Below are positions 9,083 to 18,419 of a DNA stretch of 64,000 nt, one piece after another (position 1 is the first letter of the stretch; every line of letters starts with the position of its first letter). A model generated the notes under the pieces. That model saw only the letters and a list, made by a program, of their open reading frames with translations. It was not told the DNA's origin and made no database searches. The stretch comes from a virus: the IMG/VR virus record IMGVR_UViG_3300045988_031640. One strand, written 5' to 3'. The position numbers were made by a program, and so were the translations under genes.

Positions 9083-9450
9083 TTATGTATTTTCCACGTA
9101 CCAAAAAGATTTATCTTGCTGAATACGTAGGGTGGGATTGGAAAGTTGTTTGTTATAAAGAAGGATATTATAATTTTACATACAAATGGAATGTTATAAT
9201 ACCTTCTAAATTTCATCATTTGATGAAAAACGACGATATTGTAAATTTATTAGGTTGGATTCATGAAAACATCGTAATGAAATTAGAAGATTTAACGTAT
9301 ATTACACTTAATGTATTGATACGAATATCAACGGGTCTTTTGAACAAATGCGATATTAACAAGGATACAAAAATAGAATTACATGATACAATCGTTTCTC
9401 AATTGAGAAATAGAAAATCCTACTTAATCAGTGAAGATTTACCTTTTTAG
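9079..9450 (+). CDS. Hypothetical protein, TAG stop
   Basis: 123-aa ORF, 4-nt overlap with upstream gene; ends TTT TAG. Confidence 0.6.
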   Translation: MIMYFPRTKKIYLAEYVGWDWKVVCYKEGYYNFTYKWNVIIPSKFHHLMKNDDIVNLLGWIHENIVMKLEDLTYITLNVLIRISTGLLNKCDINKDTKIELHDTIVSQLRNRKSYLISEDLPF

Positions 9451-9540
9451 CTATAGATCATTGGGTTGGTCTATAGCTCCTATTGTGGTCAAGCTATATC
9501 CACGATGCGAGTGACACGCTTATAAATAGCTCTATTTGTT

Positions 9541-10101
9541 TTGAAAAATCCACGTATTACCCCAGAGGAAGTGGAGATTATCAAAAGCGCGCAAGCTGGT
9601 AATATATCAGCTTTTAATAAACTTTTTCATCGCTACAAGGGATTCGTTGATACAATCCTATACTACTATCTTAAAGATATGGATGAAGCAAAGGATATAA
9701 CTAACATTGTATTCTTAAAAGTTTATGAAAAACTCTCTCAATTCACAGACTATGACTCATTTGGAGGATGGCTGAGAATTTTAACAAACCGTACAGCAAT
9801 TGATTACTTACGTAGTGTCAAGAACCACGCGAAACCTGTAGGAGAAGAAAGTGAAAGACTATCGCTTGCCTCTTCTATATCTTCCGATGAAGATGATCTT
9901 GTCAATCGTCTTGCATACGAAAGAATACTCGAAGAATTTGAAAAATTCCCTGCTCACATGAAGCAGATTCTTGAGTTATTCTACGTGAATAATATGACTG
10001 TTGTACAAATTAGTGAAGCTTTGAGAATCCCCACTGGAACTATTAAGTCGATTTTATCAAGGACTCGAAAGCAAATCAAAAAATCGTTTAATCAAAATTA
10101 A
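9541..10101 (+). CDS. RNA polymerase sigma-70 family (ECF-like) sigma factor
   Basis: Region 2-like AFNKLFHRYKGFVDTILYYYLKDMDEAKDITNIVFLKVYEKL...FGGWLRILTNRTAIDYLR and region 4 HTH FPAHMKQILELFYVNNMTVVQISEALRIPTGTIKSILSRTRKQIKK. Confidence 0.88.
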   Translation: MKNPRITPEEVEIIKSAQAGNISAFNKLFHRYKGFVDTILYYYLKDMDEAKDITNIVFLKVYEKLSQFTDYDSFGGWLRILTNRTAIDYLRSVKNHAKPVGEESERLSLASSISSDEDDLVNRLAYERILEEFEKFPAHMKQILELFYVNNMTVVQISEALRIPTGTIKSILSRTRKQIKKSFNQN

Positions 10102-10105
10102 AAAA

Positions 10106-10519
10106 ATGGACTTACTTTGGTTTTTCATTGGAATCCTTATTATCTTTTGTATCGGTCGATACAATGAGAGTAATAAGTTGTTTTGGATACTGTTAATATC
10201 ATTTGTTGGTAGTTTTGCAGTAGCTACAATCATTACGAAAGTGACATCGTATGATTCTAATGGAGCTAAGAAGAAGGAGGTTCAGGTATGTAAACCCACG
10301 CAGGCGTCAAATAACGCATCAGGAGTATTCCTTTTGGCAGATGCTATGTTAGGAGACACACAAAGCGTACAGCTAAAACCTGCGAGTCAGGAATCGTACA
10401 TGCCTGAATTACTTTCAATTGGCTTCAATAGTCCGCTCGTTAACAGCGGAATAGTTTACTCACCCTTAAAACCACCACAAATATGTTTACATACTTCGAT
10501 ACATCATGACATGTCATGA
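10106..10519 (+). CDS. Hypothetical membrane protein
   Basis: 137-aa ORF with two N-terminal hydrophobic segments. Confidence 0.6.
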   Translation: MDLLWFFIGILIIFCIGRYNESNKLFWILLISFVGSFAVATIITKVTSYDSNGAKKKEVQVCKPTQASNNASGVFLLADAMLGDTQSVQLKPASQESYMPELLSIGFNSPLVNSGIVYSPLKPPQICLHTSIHHDMS

Positions 10520-10593
10520 GTTAACAAAACAGAATTCAAGTAATCATTAACGTGATATTTTCACAAGTAAATAACTTTTAAATCATTATCAAA

Positions 10594-12087
10594 ATGAGTA
10601 AGAAGAATAAAGGCGGAAAGCCACAGTCAAAGCCAGCTAACAAAGCTGCAAACACAGCTCCTCAGGTAGAAGCTCCAACAGTGGAGACTAAGAAAGAGGA
10701 GAAGGTAGAAGAGCCTAAAGTAGAAGAGGTTCAGACACCCGCTAACCCAATGAGTGAATTCACCGAGGAGGTGAAGAAGGCTACAGCACGTGGGCTTGAT
10801 CCAAATCGTACAGTAGACTTGCTTAATCTCAGTCACTCTTATTTCCACGACCCAGATGCTGCAGCAGAGCGTTATGGAATCAAGAGAGAAGTAGCTGTTA
10901 AGATGGATCAGTGTACAGCTATTGGTGTTATGACTATGTTTGCTCAGGAAGTAGCTCTTGCTGACACCCCATGGTCTCGTACAATGCGTCCAGCAGTACT
11001 GGAGAGCATGGCAGAAGTTGCGAAGGAGATTGGTGTAACAATCAACCTCAAGTCATTACCAGCTCCTGATAAGGATGGTAACGTAACTATTACCCAAGAG
11101 AACGTGAAAGTCTCTGCGGAAACTAAGAAGAAGCTTAAGGAGGAGAAGGAACTCCTTGAGGAGAAGCCAGAATTGGATGTTAACAAGATTGAGAATAAGA
11201 TGCAGCTCCGCAAGAGCCTTCTTATCTTCTTGTCTGAGCGCAAGGATTATCTCAACAACATTCAGAAGGCTATCAGTCTTTATGCAGCATATCTGGAGAA
11301 AGAGAAGGCCGACGCCACCAAGGGCATGTCTCGCATTCAGTTGTTGCATAACCTTATCGAGCTTGTTGGAGAGGCTCCGATTGTAATGAATGGAATTGGT
11401 TCCTTTCTTTACACCGTTACCGCTACAACAAAGTCTCCAGTACCAGCCTTCTGTCACCTCAAGAATACGGTTACAGATCGCACCACAGGAAACTGTGAGT
11501 ATGACAATCACTTTATAGCTGATGTTGTACGCGAGATCGTAATCTGGAAGGCTAACCTCAAGAAGGCTGAGAATGAGAAATCTATCGAGGCTGTAAAGAA
11601 GAATCTTGAGGTTCTCAAGAAAGATTCTAAGAAGAATGAGAAGGCAATTAAGGATCAAGAGGAGCGTATTGAAACTCTTGAGAATAACAGTAAGGTATTT
11701 GATGTAACAATCTCATACGTAACTGAGCCTTCTGCAGACGCTATCGAGTCTTTCATGGAGAAACGTGCAGAGAAGGATCCAGTAGCAATAAAGATGTTCA
11801 GATCTCTTTCTGAGAGTCTTTATCGCGGCACCGATCTTAAGGGAGTTAAGACAGACAGCTTGCTCGCAAATATGAAGATGCAGGCTGGAGTAATAACAAA
11901 CATGTTCCGTGATCCTAACATGCAGTTTGTAAACTATAAGGAGTCTGAGATTCCTGAGCTGCAGTTTATGAAGGATGGCGAAACCGAAGAGCCAAAAGAG
12001 GAACCTAAGAAGGAACCTAAGGAAGCTCCAAGGGAAGAGCCTAAGAAGGAAGATGAGCCAGAAGAGACAGAAGAGTCAAAAAACTAA
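10594..12087 (+). CDS. Large hypothetical protein with charged low-complexity ends
   Basis: 497-aa ORF, K/E/P-rich termini, coiled-coil centre; CATTATCAAA leader. Confidence 0.75.
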   Translation: MSKKNKGGKPQSKPANKAANTAPQVEAPTVETKKEEKVEEPKVEEVQTPANPMSEFTEEVKKATARGLDPNRTVDLLNLSHSYFHDPDAAAERYGIKREVAVKMDQCTAIGVMTMFAQEVALADTPWSRTMRPAVLESMAEVAKEIGVTINLKSLPAPDKDGNVTITQENVKVSAETKKKLKEEKELLEEKPELDVNKIENKMQLRKSLLIFLSERKDYLNNIQKAISLYAAYLEKEKADATKGMSRIQLLHNLIELVGEAPIVMNGIGSFLYTVTATTKSPVPAFCHLKNTVTDRTTGNCEYDNHFIADVVREIVIWKANLKKAENEKSIEAVKKNLEVLKKDSKKNEKAIKDQEERIETLENNSKVFDVTISYVTEPSADAIESFMEKRAEKDPVAIKMFRSLSESLYRGTDLKGVKTDSLLANMKMQAGVITNMFRDPNMQFVNYKESEIPELQFMKDGETEEPKEEPKKEPKEAPREEPKKEDEPEETEESKN

Positions 12088-12175
12088 TTCAGACTGCCAA
12101 AGAAAAGATTCGCGAAGTTGGTAGTCGTATTGGTAAGGCTTACAAAGTCTTGAAAGGCGAGTAAATCTATCAAAG

Positions 12176-12544
12176 ATGAAAAAGTTAACAACATTTCTCT
12201 GCAGTATGGCATTCGCTCTTAGTGGCGTATGTCTTGCTGTGAGTAAATCAGGACCACCACCATTACCTGGAAATATGGTGGTGCATGCGGAGCCGATGAA
12301 ACCAATACCAGCTCCGTTTTTCTTGAATCAGAGTAACACTGAGAAAGAAGCTAAAAAGGACACTGTGTTTACCCAAGTGGTAAAACACGATACAGTCCAA
12401 GTAACTAACACAAAGTTCAAGTACGTTGTAAAGGTTCGTACTGAAGCTAAAGCTGAGACTCCGTATCTCCCAGCATTTAGTATAACAATACCGAAAGGGA
12501 GTTGGGAAACCTCCCATGATTCTACAAACGTAGTATCAGAATAA
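12176..12544 (+). CDS. Secreted or periplasmic hypothetical protein
   Basis: 122-aa ORF with signal peptide MKKLTTFLCSMAFALSGVCLA. Confidence 0.6.
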   Translation: MKKLTTFLCSMAFALSGVCLAVSKSGPPPLPGNMVVHAEPMKPIPAPFFLNQSNTEKEAKKDTVFTQVVKHDTVQVTNTKFKYVVKVRTEAKAETPYLPAFSITIPKGSWETSHDSTNVVSE

Positions 12545-14733
12545 AAGAACCGAGTGTATACCGTATATAGTCGGAGCTCCTGTATATTATAAGCTATGCG
12601 CTTAGTGTACAGGAGCAGCACATTAGTTCCATATAAGGTCTCATTAGCCTTAGGAACGAATTAACTTGATCCGAAAATATGTTAGCGCTCTCAAAGCGTG
12701 AGAAACCCAAAAGATAGGATGGAAGACATTTAAGCGTGAAAAACTTATTTGTATTAGGGATAGCGTTGTATCAAACCCTATTCATATTGAAATGAGAACC
12801 GTCTGGTGATGGATATATGAGAAGACGCGTAAGTTGTGAGTTGACAATCACACAGAATTGATGCCGTATCGGAAATGTATACTATGATACTATGTATATA
12901 AGAACGTTACACGAGATGAAGCTATAATAAGAAACCCCGAAGAATATAGTACATGGTATGGCTATATGAAGGCAAGGCCAACTCTATTATAGAAGTATCT
13001 ACTAAAACCCAGCTCAGTGTTCCTCTACCACCAAAGTAGAGTATGAAGGAGTGAAAAAATGTATGGAGTATAACAATATCGTGAAAGGGATAATACCCAC
13101 GAAGTATACCGTAACTATGCTGGCTATGTAAAACCCGACTGTTCGATTCAGTCACCTTTTGGGTCACCTTAGGGTCCAGGGACGGGGTAAAACGCCTGAT
13201 ATATGATGAAGTACGTCCGCCAGGCTTTGGTCGTTTATGCGGAATATAAAAGTAAAATGACCAGCAGGTTGGGCAATACCTGAATGCAGAAATGCTACGC
13301 GAAACGAGGCCGCGGTCAAAGTCTGATTTGAGTGTACACAGCTCTTTGGGTGGAGTGAAGATGTAAGTGGTACAATGGGATGAGTTGATAAAAACAATTC
13401 TCCAATGCGATGATAACGTTATAATCATGGTAGCCGCACTCAGAGGCGATACTGGGAAAACTTTAATTAGGTAGACCTGATTCAGAATGCCATATTACCA
13501 ATGGTAATGAAAGATCCGTCAACCTTCAATAACTACAAGTATTAGTGCTTTGCATTATATTTACAATATTATATAGTCTCTACAGAGTAGTAAACTGGTA
13601 TATTATGTATGAGTAAGTATATAGCTTTAGATAAGTATTAAGAAAAGAGAGTTAGAGAGAAAATAAACATGTTTAACAAAAATGGATGTCCCCCGATAGA
13701 TATACCCCTTTCGTTGTATGAAAGAAATTGAGTCGGAAATCCGAGTGCCAACCGTAACTTTGAAAAAATTATGCAGAATAAACTATACGATTCCGTCTCG
13801 AGCTTGAGTCGCCGAACGTAACTACTAATAGGTAGCAACGGACGGTATTGAAGCAGGACAGCAAATCCTTATAGATTTATAGAGCAGTTATCAGTAAACT
13901 GATGGGCAGCAACAGAACTTAAGTACGTCCTTGTAATAAGGATAGGGAGTTAGTGACTCATTAATACATCCTGTCTCGGTGTATTAAAAAGGAATGTTGT
14001 GGGTGACAAGGGTAATGATAGGGTTAAATTCCCGAGTGTTCGTGCACTGTCTCGAAGAAATGAGAGATTAAAAACAAATGAGGAAGCTTATCCAATAGAA
14101 AAAACAGCCGTAGTATCTGTGATCCCCCTGAAGGTGAGATAGTTCGATAAAGAAACGTAAATTGTGTATCCCACGTATAAGATTGGATACTAACATAAGA
14201 GATAATCTGTGGTGAATTAACAATCATCGGTAGTTACTTTTAAGTATGTGGAAAGTACGAGAAGAAATTACCAAAGTTTTTTGTGGGTCAATCGTATGTG
14301 GAAACTTACATCTGTATCTCAGCACTGTAACCCTCCGCGAATCCTGAATCATCAGAGACTTTGACGGATACAGAACAGTATACTTCACATATTGTTTATT
14401 AGAATTAAACAATGAATTACATAAATCATTGCACTTGATTGTGCACATTCAACATTCAAAGCTTAAGATAGCAATTTTAATGATGGGCTAAGTTAATCCT
14501 ACCATTGGATTCCCGTTACATGAGTTGAGCTTCATTTAGAGGAATATAGAAGTGTAACAGTTAGAATTGGAAGCGTGCTTCCCATTAGAACAGCAATTGA
14601 AGTTGATTTTTCACAGCATTCAGACCCAACGAGGCAGTAATGTTTTATTTTATAAAGCTGTATTTCAGCATAAAACTTATTATTAATTTCATCGTTGGTT
14701 TATCAAAAACGATGTCAAAAAGGATGAAAAATT
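12545..14733 (+). other. ORF-poor region with dense inverted repeats; candidate structured RNA(s)
   Basis: No convincing plus-strand ORF over ~2.2 kb between expressed genes; several hairpins, including GCTCCTGTA...TACAGGAGC at 12576-12616. Confidence 0.45.
12576..12616 (+). other. Stable hairpin
   Basis: 9-bp stem GCTCCTGTA/TACAGGAGC with internal AAGC...GCTT. Confidence 0.6.
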
Positions 14734-15327
14734 ATGGAAACTGTAAAAGCATCAGTAGTAGCAAACAATCGTAAGTCACTCTCAATCGTAGGCCAGAACT
14801 TTGGCTGTCAGTATTATCGCCCAGAGGCACGTCAGAACGCTGTTAACTTCGACGAGAAGAAGCGTAAGATCGAGCAGGATGGCAATGTTGAGCTCACAAC
14901 GAATCGTGCAACAAAGCGCTACCTCGTTAAGGGTTATGACGTAGTGAGCATTCAGCTCGGTAACGACATCACTGGTTCTCCAGTAGTGTTCATCAACAAG
15001 GATGATCAGGCAAGTGAGGTAGCAATGCCAATCTCTCCAGATTTGTCTAAGGTTGGTCAGGTAACAGAGGACGCTGTTTCTAAGGCTCTTCGTGGTGACA
15101 AGAACATCATCTTCTCCGACGTAGAGAAGTTGGTTAAGCAGTGCAATGCTGCAAACCAAGCTGAAATCAGCCGTATTGAGGAGCTTAAGGCTAACCTCGA
15201 CAAGGAGTTGCAGTCTCTTCAGAATGCAATTGCTGGTAACATCAAGAAGCTCGATGATTACAATCACGAGATGAATGCAAGCACTAACGCTGCATCAGGT
15301 GTAACCGTAACAATCACAGAGGACTAA
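14734..15327 (+). CDS. Hypothetical protein
   Basis: 197-aa ORF, intact. Confidence 0.7.
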   Translation: METVKASVVANNRKSLSIVGQNFGCQYYRPEARQNAVNFDEKKRKIEQDGNVELTTNRATKRYLVKGYDVVSIQLGNDITGSPVVFINKDDQASEVAMPISPDLSKVGQVTEDAVSKALRGDKNIIFSDVEKLVKQCNAANQAEISRIEELKANLDKELQSLQNAIAGNIKKLDDYNHEMNASTNAASGVTVTITED

Positions 15328-15331
15328 ACCT

Positions 15332-15919
15332 ATGGAAAAGCTTGTATCTGATGCAAGCAAACTGTTAATGCAAGTTCTAATGACTGATTCCAAAGTGTCT
15401 GTAAAGATACTTGACAACGCAAATGATGCAGAAAAGTACAAGATTTGTACAATCCAAGATAATGGTACTATTGTTCTTGGAAAGACATCTGTGCATTGGT
15501 GGAATCAGCTGTTAGGCTGTCAGGACAAGATTCCATTTGATAGTTTTGCTTTGAAAGTGTGGGACGCTTTGGTAGATTTATCAAGCGGCCTTAACAATAA
15601 AGCTATTCTCAATGGTTTATCTATTGAAGTAGTAAAGAAGTCAGTCCGTACAAAGGACTATGACTATGTTGTCCGTCGATTATATGATTGCTGGGCTCAT
15701 GTTGCTCAGAAGAGCGAAGGATACCAAAAGGCTCTGTCTCCCGAGGGAGGCCCGGGTTCGGCCCAAGACTGTCCTGGTGGTGCTTTCGCGTCCGAAAAGC
15801 CACGTGAAATAGTAATCAACATCAACGGTACTAAGAAAACAATTCCTTTCATAGATAGTAATGGTGATCCACTGAATATAGGATTGGATTACGGATTTCT
15901 TGGATTTCGTAACTTGTAA
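15332..15919 (+). CDS. Hypothetical protein with a GC-rich internal segment
   Basis: 195-aa ORF; segment ~15739-15800 is far more GC-rich than its surroundings. Confidence 0.6.
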   Translation: MEKLVSDASKLLMQVLMTDSKVSVKILDNANDAEKYKICTIQDNGTIVLGKTSVHWWNQLLGCQDKIPFDSFALKVWDALVDLSSGLNNKAILNGLSIEVVKKSVRTKDYDYVVRRLYDCWAHVAQKSEGYQKALSPEGGPGSAQDCPGGAFASEKPREIVININGTKKTIPFIDSNGDPLNIGLDYGFLGFRNL

Positions 15920-16208
15920 GTGATATATCTGAGGATATAGAAGCATAATCCCGAGGGAAAATGCTTCATAACAAGCAGTTAAGAAAGAATAGAATGAAGT
16001 ATGATAATTTTAAATTCGGATTATCGTTACTTGGTTATTTACAGTTATCCATTTCCCCGAGGGGATTGGGGCGTGCTTCCTGCGGGAGGTACGCCTCGCG
16101 GATTAACTTTAAGTAAACTTGGTTCGATTCCAAGCTATGAGCAAGTGTAGGTAAATGATCTCTCGAATTCATATTAGTTGTATTTTTAATTTTAATCAAA
16201 ATCTAATT

Positions 16209-16760
16209 ATGAGTAAGAATAAATCAATTGAATTGAATTCAGCAAAGATCATCAATATCCGTAAGAATCTTGATATGACAATCAACAAGTATTGGAAGAT
16301 CATTCGTGCGGAAAACGTAATGGCTAAGAAGGCTATTGCAGCAGGCCAGGGTTCTGGCTACGACCTCAAGGGTTTGTACAATGAAATCACGCAGATGAGT
16401 GAGAAGCGTATTATCATTAAGGGTATGCTTATGTTGCTCAATATGGGTATTACAGAGTTCAACTATGAGGAGTTTAAGAAGACCAATAACTATGCTATTT
16501 TTGCAGCTGGTGAAGCTAAGGAGGCTATCGCTCAGCTTAAGATGATTCCTACCATTAATCCTTCTGAGAAGGCATCTAAGGGTAAGAAACATATGGGTAA
16601 GACAGAATCTTTTACCTCAGCAAAGATTGCATCTCTTGTTAAGGAGAGCCAGTTGAAGGCAAATAAGTTTGACGCTAAGCTCAAGGAGTTTAACGACAAT
16701 ACTAACATAACATGTACTGATGATATTGCAGAAAAGTTCTCTATGGACTTAGCAGTATAA
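16209..16760 (+). CDS. Hypothetical basic protein
   Basis: ORF from internal ATG MSKNKSIELNSAKIINIRKNLDMT...; Lys-rich. Confidence 0.6.
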   Translation: MSKNKSIELNSAKIINIRKNLDMTINKYWKIIRAENVMAKKAIAAGQGSGYDLKGLYNEITQMSEKRIIIKGMLMLLNMGITEFNYEEFKKTNNYAIFAAGEAKEAIAQLKMIPTINPSEKASKGKKHMGKTESFTSAKIASLVKESQLKANKFDAKLKEFNDNTNITCTDDIAEKFSMDLAV

Positions 16761-16939
16761 TATCGGCACAAGTATATGGTGTACAAGGACCAGCATTTAT
16801 GCGACAGTTCGAGGCTGTCTATACTTTCATTTTAAGGCCATTTAGAGGCCTTCTGAGGCGTTTTAATACGTTTCCAGGACAATTCACCGCAGAGGTGGAA
16901 ATAGCGCCTTAGAACGTAACTATTTAAATCATTATCAAA

Positions 16940-17629
16940 ATGGATAAGAATTTGCAACCAAACATATCAGACCCAAACGTTATATATAACACAGTAAAGA
17001 ACAATCGTAAAGCATACTTGAAAGCTCACTTCTGTGTACGTTCAAAGAAACAACCATGGTATATGCTTACTAAAGGTAAGTGTAAGAACTATGAAGAGCG
17101 TATGAAGAGTTGGGGTGCTTGTGTAGATTACTTTGACGTTCCATCAGAAACTAAAGTTATGAGCGAACGAGTTGTTATTAAAAGTATTGGAAGTGCAAAC
17201 TTTATGGAGCGATTAGCTCAACATAAACTTGCAAAGTGGGTACGTAAAAACCCAGCACCATGTGATGAAATGGATTTGTTTAAGAACGAATTCCTTGAAC
17301 CATGGAAAGAAGAGCGAGATAAAGCTCTTGAACATTTTCGAGATATCGTAGTTTCGATATATGACAAAACAGTATTACCGTATGACCGCAAAAAGGCATT
17401 GATTGTGCCTATGATAGATATGGGTGGAGGAGTCCGAACATATCCAAATATGGATCCAATAACAATTGGTTATCCATTGTGTAAATTTGCTGGAAAACGA
17501 TTCGTTAAGAAAGATACTGTAGTGGACGTATGTAAAGAGGCGCTTAAGAAAGTGTCTAAGTCAGGATATAACTGTAAATCAGTTGACTATACATACGAAC
17601 GCAAGGTGTTGCTCAGCGTAGCAGCATAA
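16940..17629 (+). CDS. Hypothetical protein
   Basis: 229-aa ORF; CATTATCAAA leader. Confidence 0.7.
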   Translation: MDKNLQPNISDPNVIYNTVKNNRKAYLKAHFCVRSKKQPWYMLTKGKCKNYEERMKSWGACVDYFDVPSETKVMSERVVIKSIGSANFMERLAQHKLAKWVRKNPAPCDEMDLFKNEFLEPWKEERDKALEHFRDIVVSIYDKTVLPYDRKKALIVPMIDMGGGVRTYPNMDPITIGYPLCKFAGKRFVKKDTVVDVCKEALKKVSKSGYNCKSVDYTYERKVLLSVAA

Positions 17630-17673
17630 CAGTGCTGGTGGTGACACTCTTCGTCCCACCAACACTTTAAAAA

Positions 17674-17760
17674 GGAGAGTTGGCTGAGTGGTCTAAAGCG
17701 CTGGTCTTGAAAACCAGAGGGCGGTAAAACGCTCCAAGAGTTCGAATCTCTTACTCTCCT
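17674..17760 (+). tRNA. tRNA-Ser (UGA)
   Basis: Acceptor GGAGAGT/ACTCTCC, anticodon arm CTGGT-CTTGAAA-ACCAG (TGA), long variable arm, T-arm AAGAG-TTCGAAT-CTCTT; followed by CCA. Confidence 0.93.
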
Positions 17761-17768
17761 CCAATATT

Positions 17769-17860
17769 GGAGATTTAAGCCTAATTGGTAAGGCAACAGT
17801 TTGCTAAACTGTCAGTAATCGTAGTAATATGATGTATAGGTTCGAGTCCTATAATCTCCG
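17769..17860 (+). tRNA. tRNA-Ser (GCU)
   Basis: Acceptor GGAGATT/AATCTCC, anticodon arm ACAGT-TTGCTAA-ACTGT (GCT), long variable arm, T-arm ATAGG-TTCGAGT-CCTAT. Confidence 0.92.
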
Positions 17861-17880
17861 CAATACTTAAAATCAATAAT

Positions 17881-18129
17881 ATGTTAACAATAGCATTAAA
17901 TGCAATACTTGGATTATTTATTGGTATAATATTATTTCCAATAGGATTGTTTCTTAGAGCAAGAAAATCTGGTTGGGACGATAGTAATATCTTTAATATA
18001 TTTCATGTGTTGTTTCATTTAGCCTTACATCCTGATGATTTCACCAAGATGTATTACAAGAACGGAAAGAAGCCGTTCTGGTACTTAACAAAAGATGAGT
18101 TTTCAGAAGTCTTATATGTAAGACCGTAG
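17881..18129 (+). CDS. Hypothetical membrane protein, tandem TAG TAA stop
   Basis: 82-aa ORF with N-terminal hydrophobic segments; ends CCG TAG TAA. Confidence 0.6.
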   Translation: MLTIALNAILGLFIGIILFPIGLFLRARKSGWDDSNIFNIFHVLFHLALHPDDFTKMYYKNGKKPFWYLTKDEFSEVLYVRP

Positions 18130-18150
18130 TAATAAATAAAAATAAATAAT

Positions 18151-18321
18151 ATGAATTACGTAAAACCATCAATTATCCAAATCAAAGTAGAGAACTTTAA
18201 TCTTATGTCAGCTTCTAATAAAGAAGGTTCAACATGGGTTAATGGAAACGCAACTGGTTGTGAAAAGCCAGTAACTATTGAAGATTTGGAAAAGAGTGAT
18301 GAGGAATGCTCAGGTAATTAA
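18151..18321 (+). CDS. Small hypothetical protein
   Basis: Manually read 56-aa ORF MNYVKPSIIQIKVENFNLMSASNKEGSTWVNGNATGCEKPVTIEDLEKSDEECSGN. Confidence 0.4.
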   Translation: MNYVKPSIIQIKVENFNLMSASNKEGSTWVNGNATGCEKPVTIEDLEKSDEECSGN

Positions 18322-18419
18322 CCTGAGCTTCCTTAACTATTATTGATTAGCTGTAGATGGTCTAAATGTTGGTTCGATTCCAATATACAGCACATACGTT
18401 TACTTAGAGTCATTGAACC

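Noticed and set aside
10627-11658. Antisense ORFs opposite the 497-aa early gene
   Set aside because: They mirror a long, clearly coding plus-strand ORF and have low-complexity Leu/Phe/Ser-rich translations.
12945-13035. Possible suppressor tRNA (TGGTATGGCTATATGAAGGCAAGGCC...TACCACCA)
   Set aside because: The ends resemble a Gln/Sup tRNA (TGGTA/TACCA plus CCA), but I could not form an anticodon arm with CTA or a proper T-arm; too weak to call without software.
12922-14448. Minus-strand ORFs of 60-168 aa in the 12.5-14.7 kb region
   Set aside because: They have no recognisable domains, odd composition (Ser/Leu/Tyr-rich), no companion genes on that strand and lie in a structure-rich non-coding region; likely chance ORFs.
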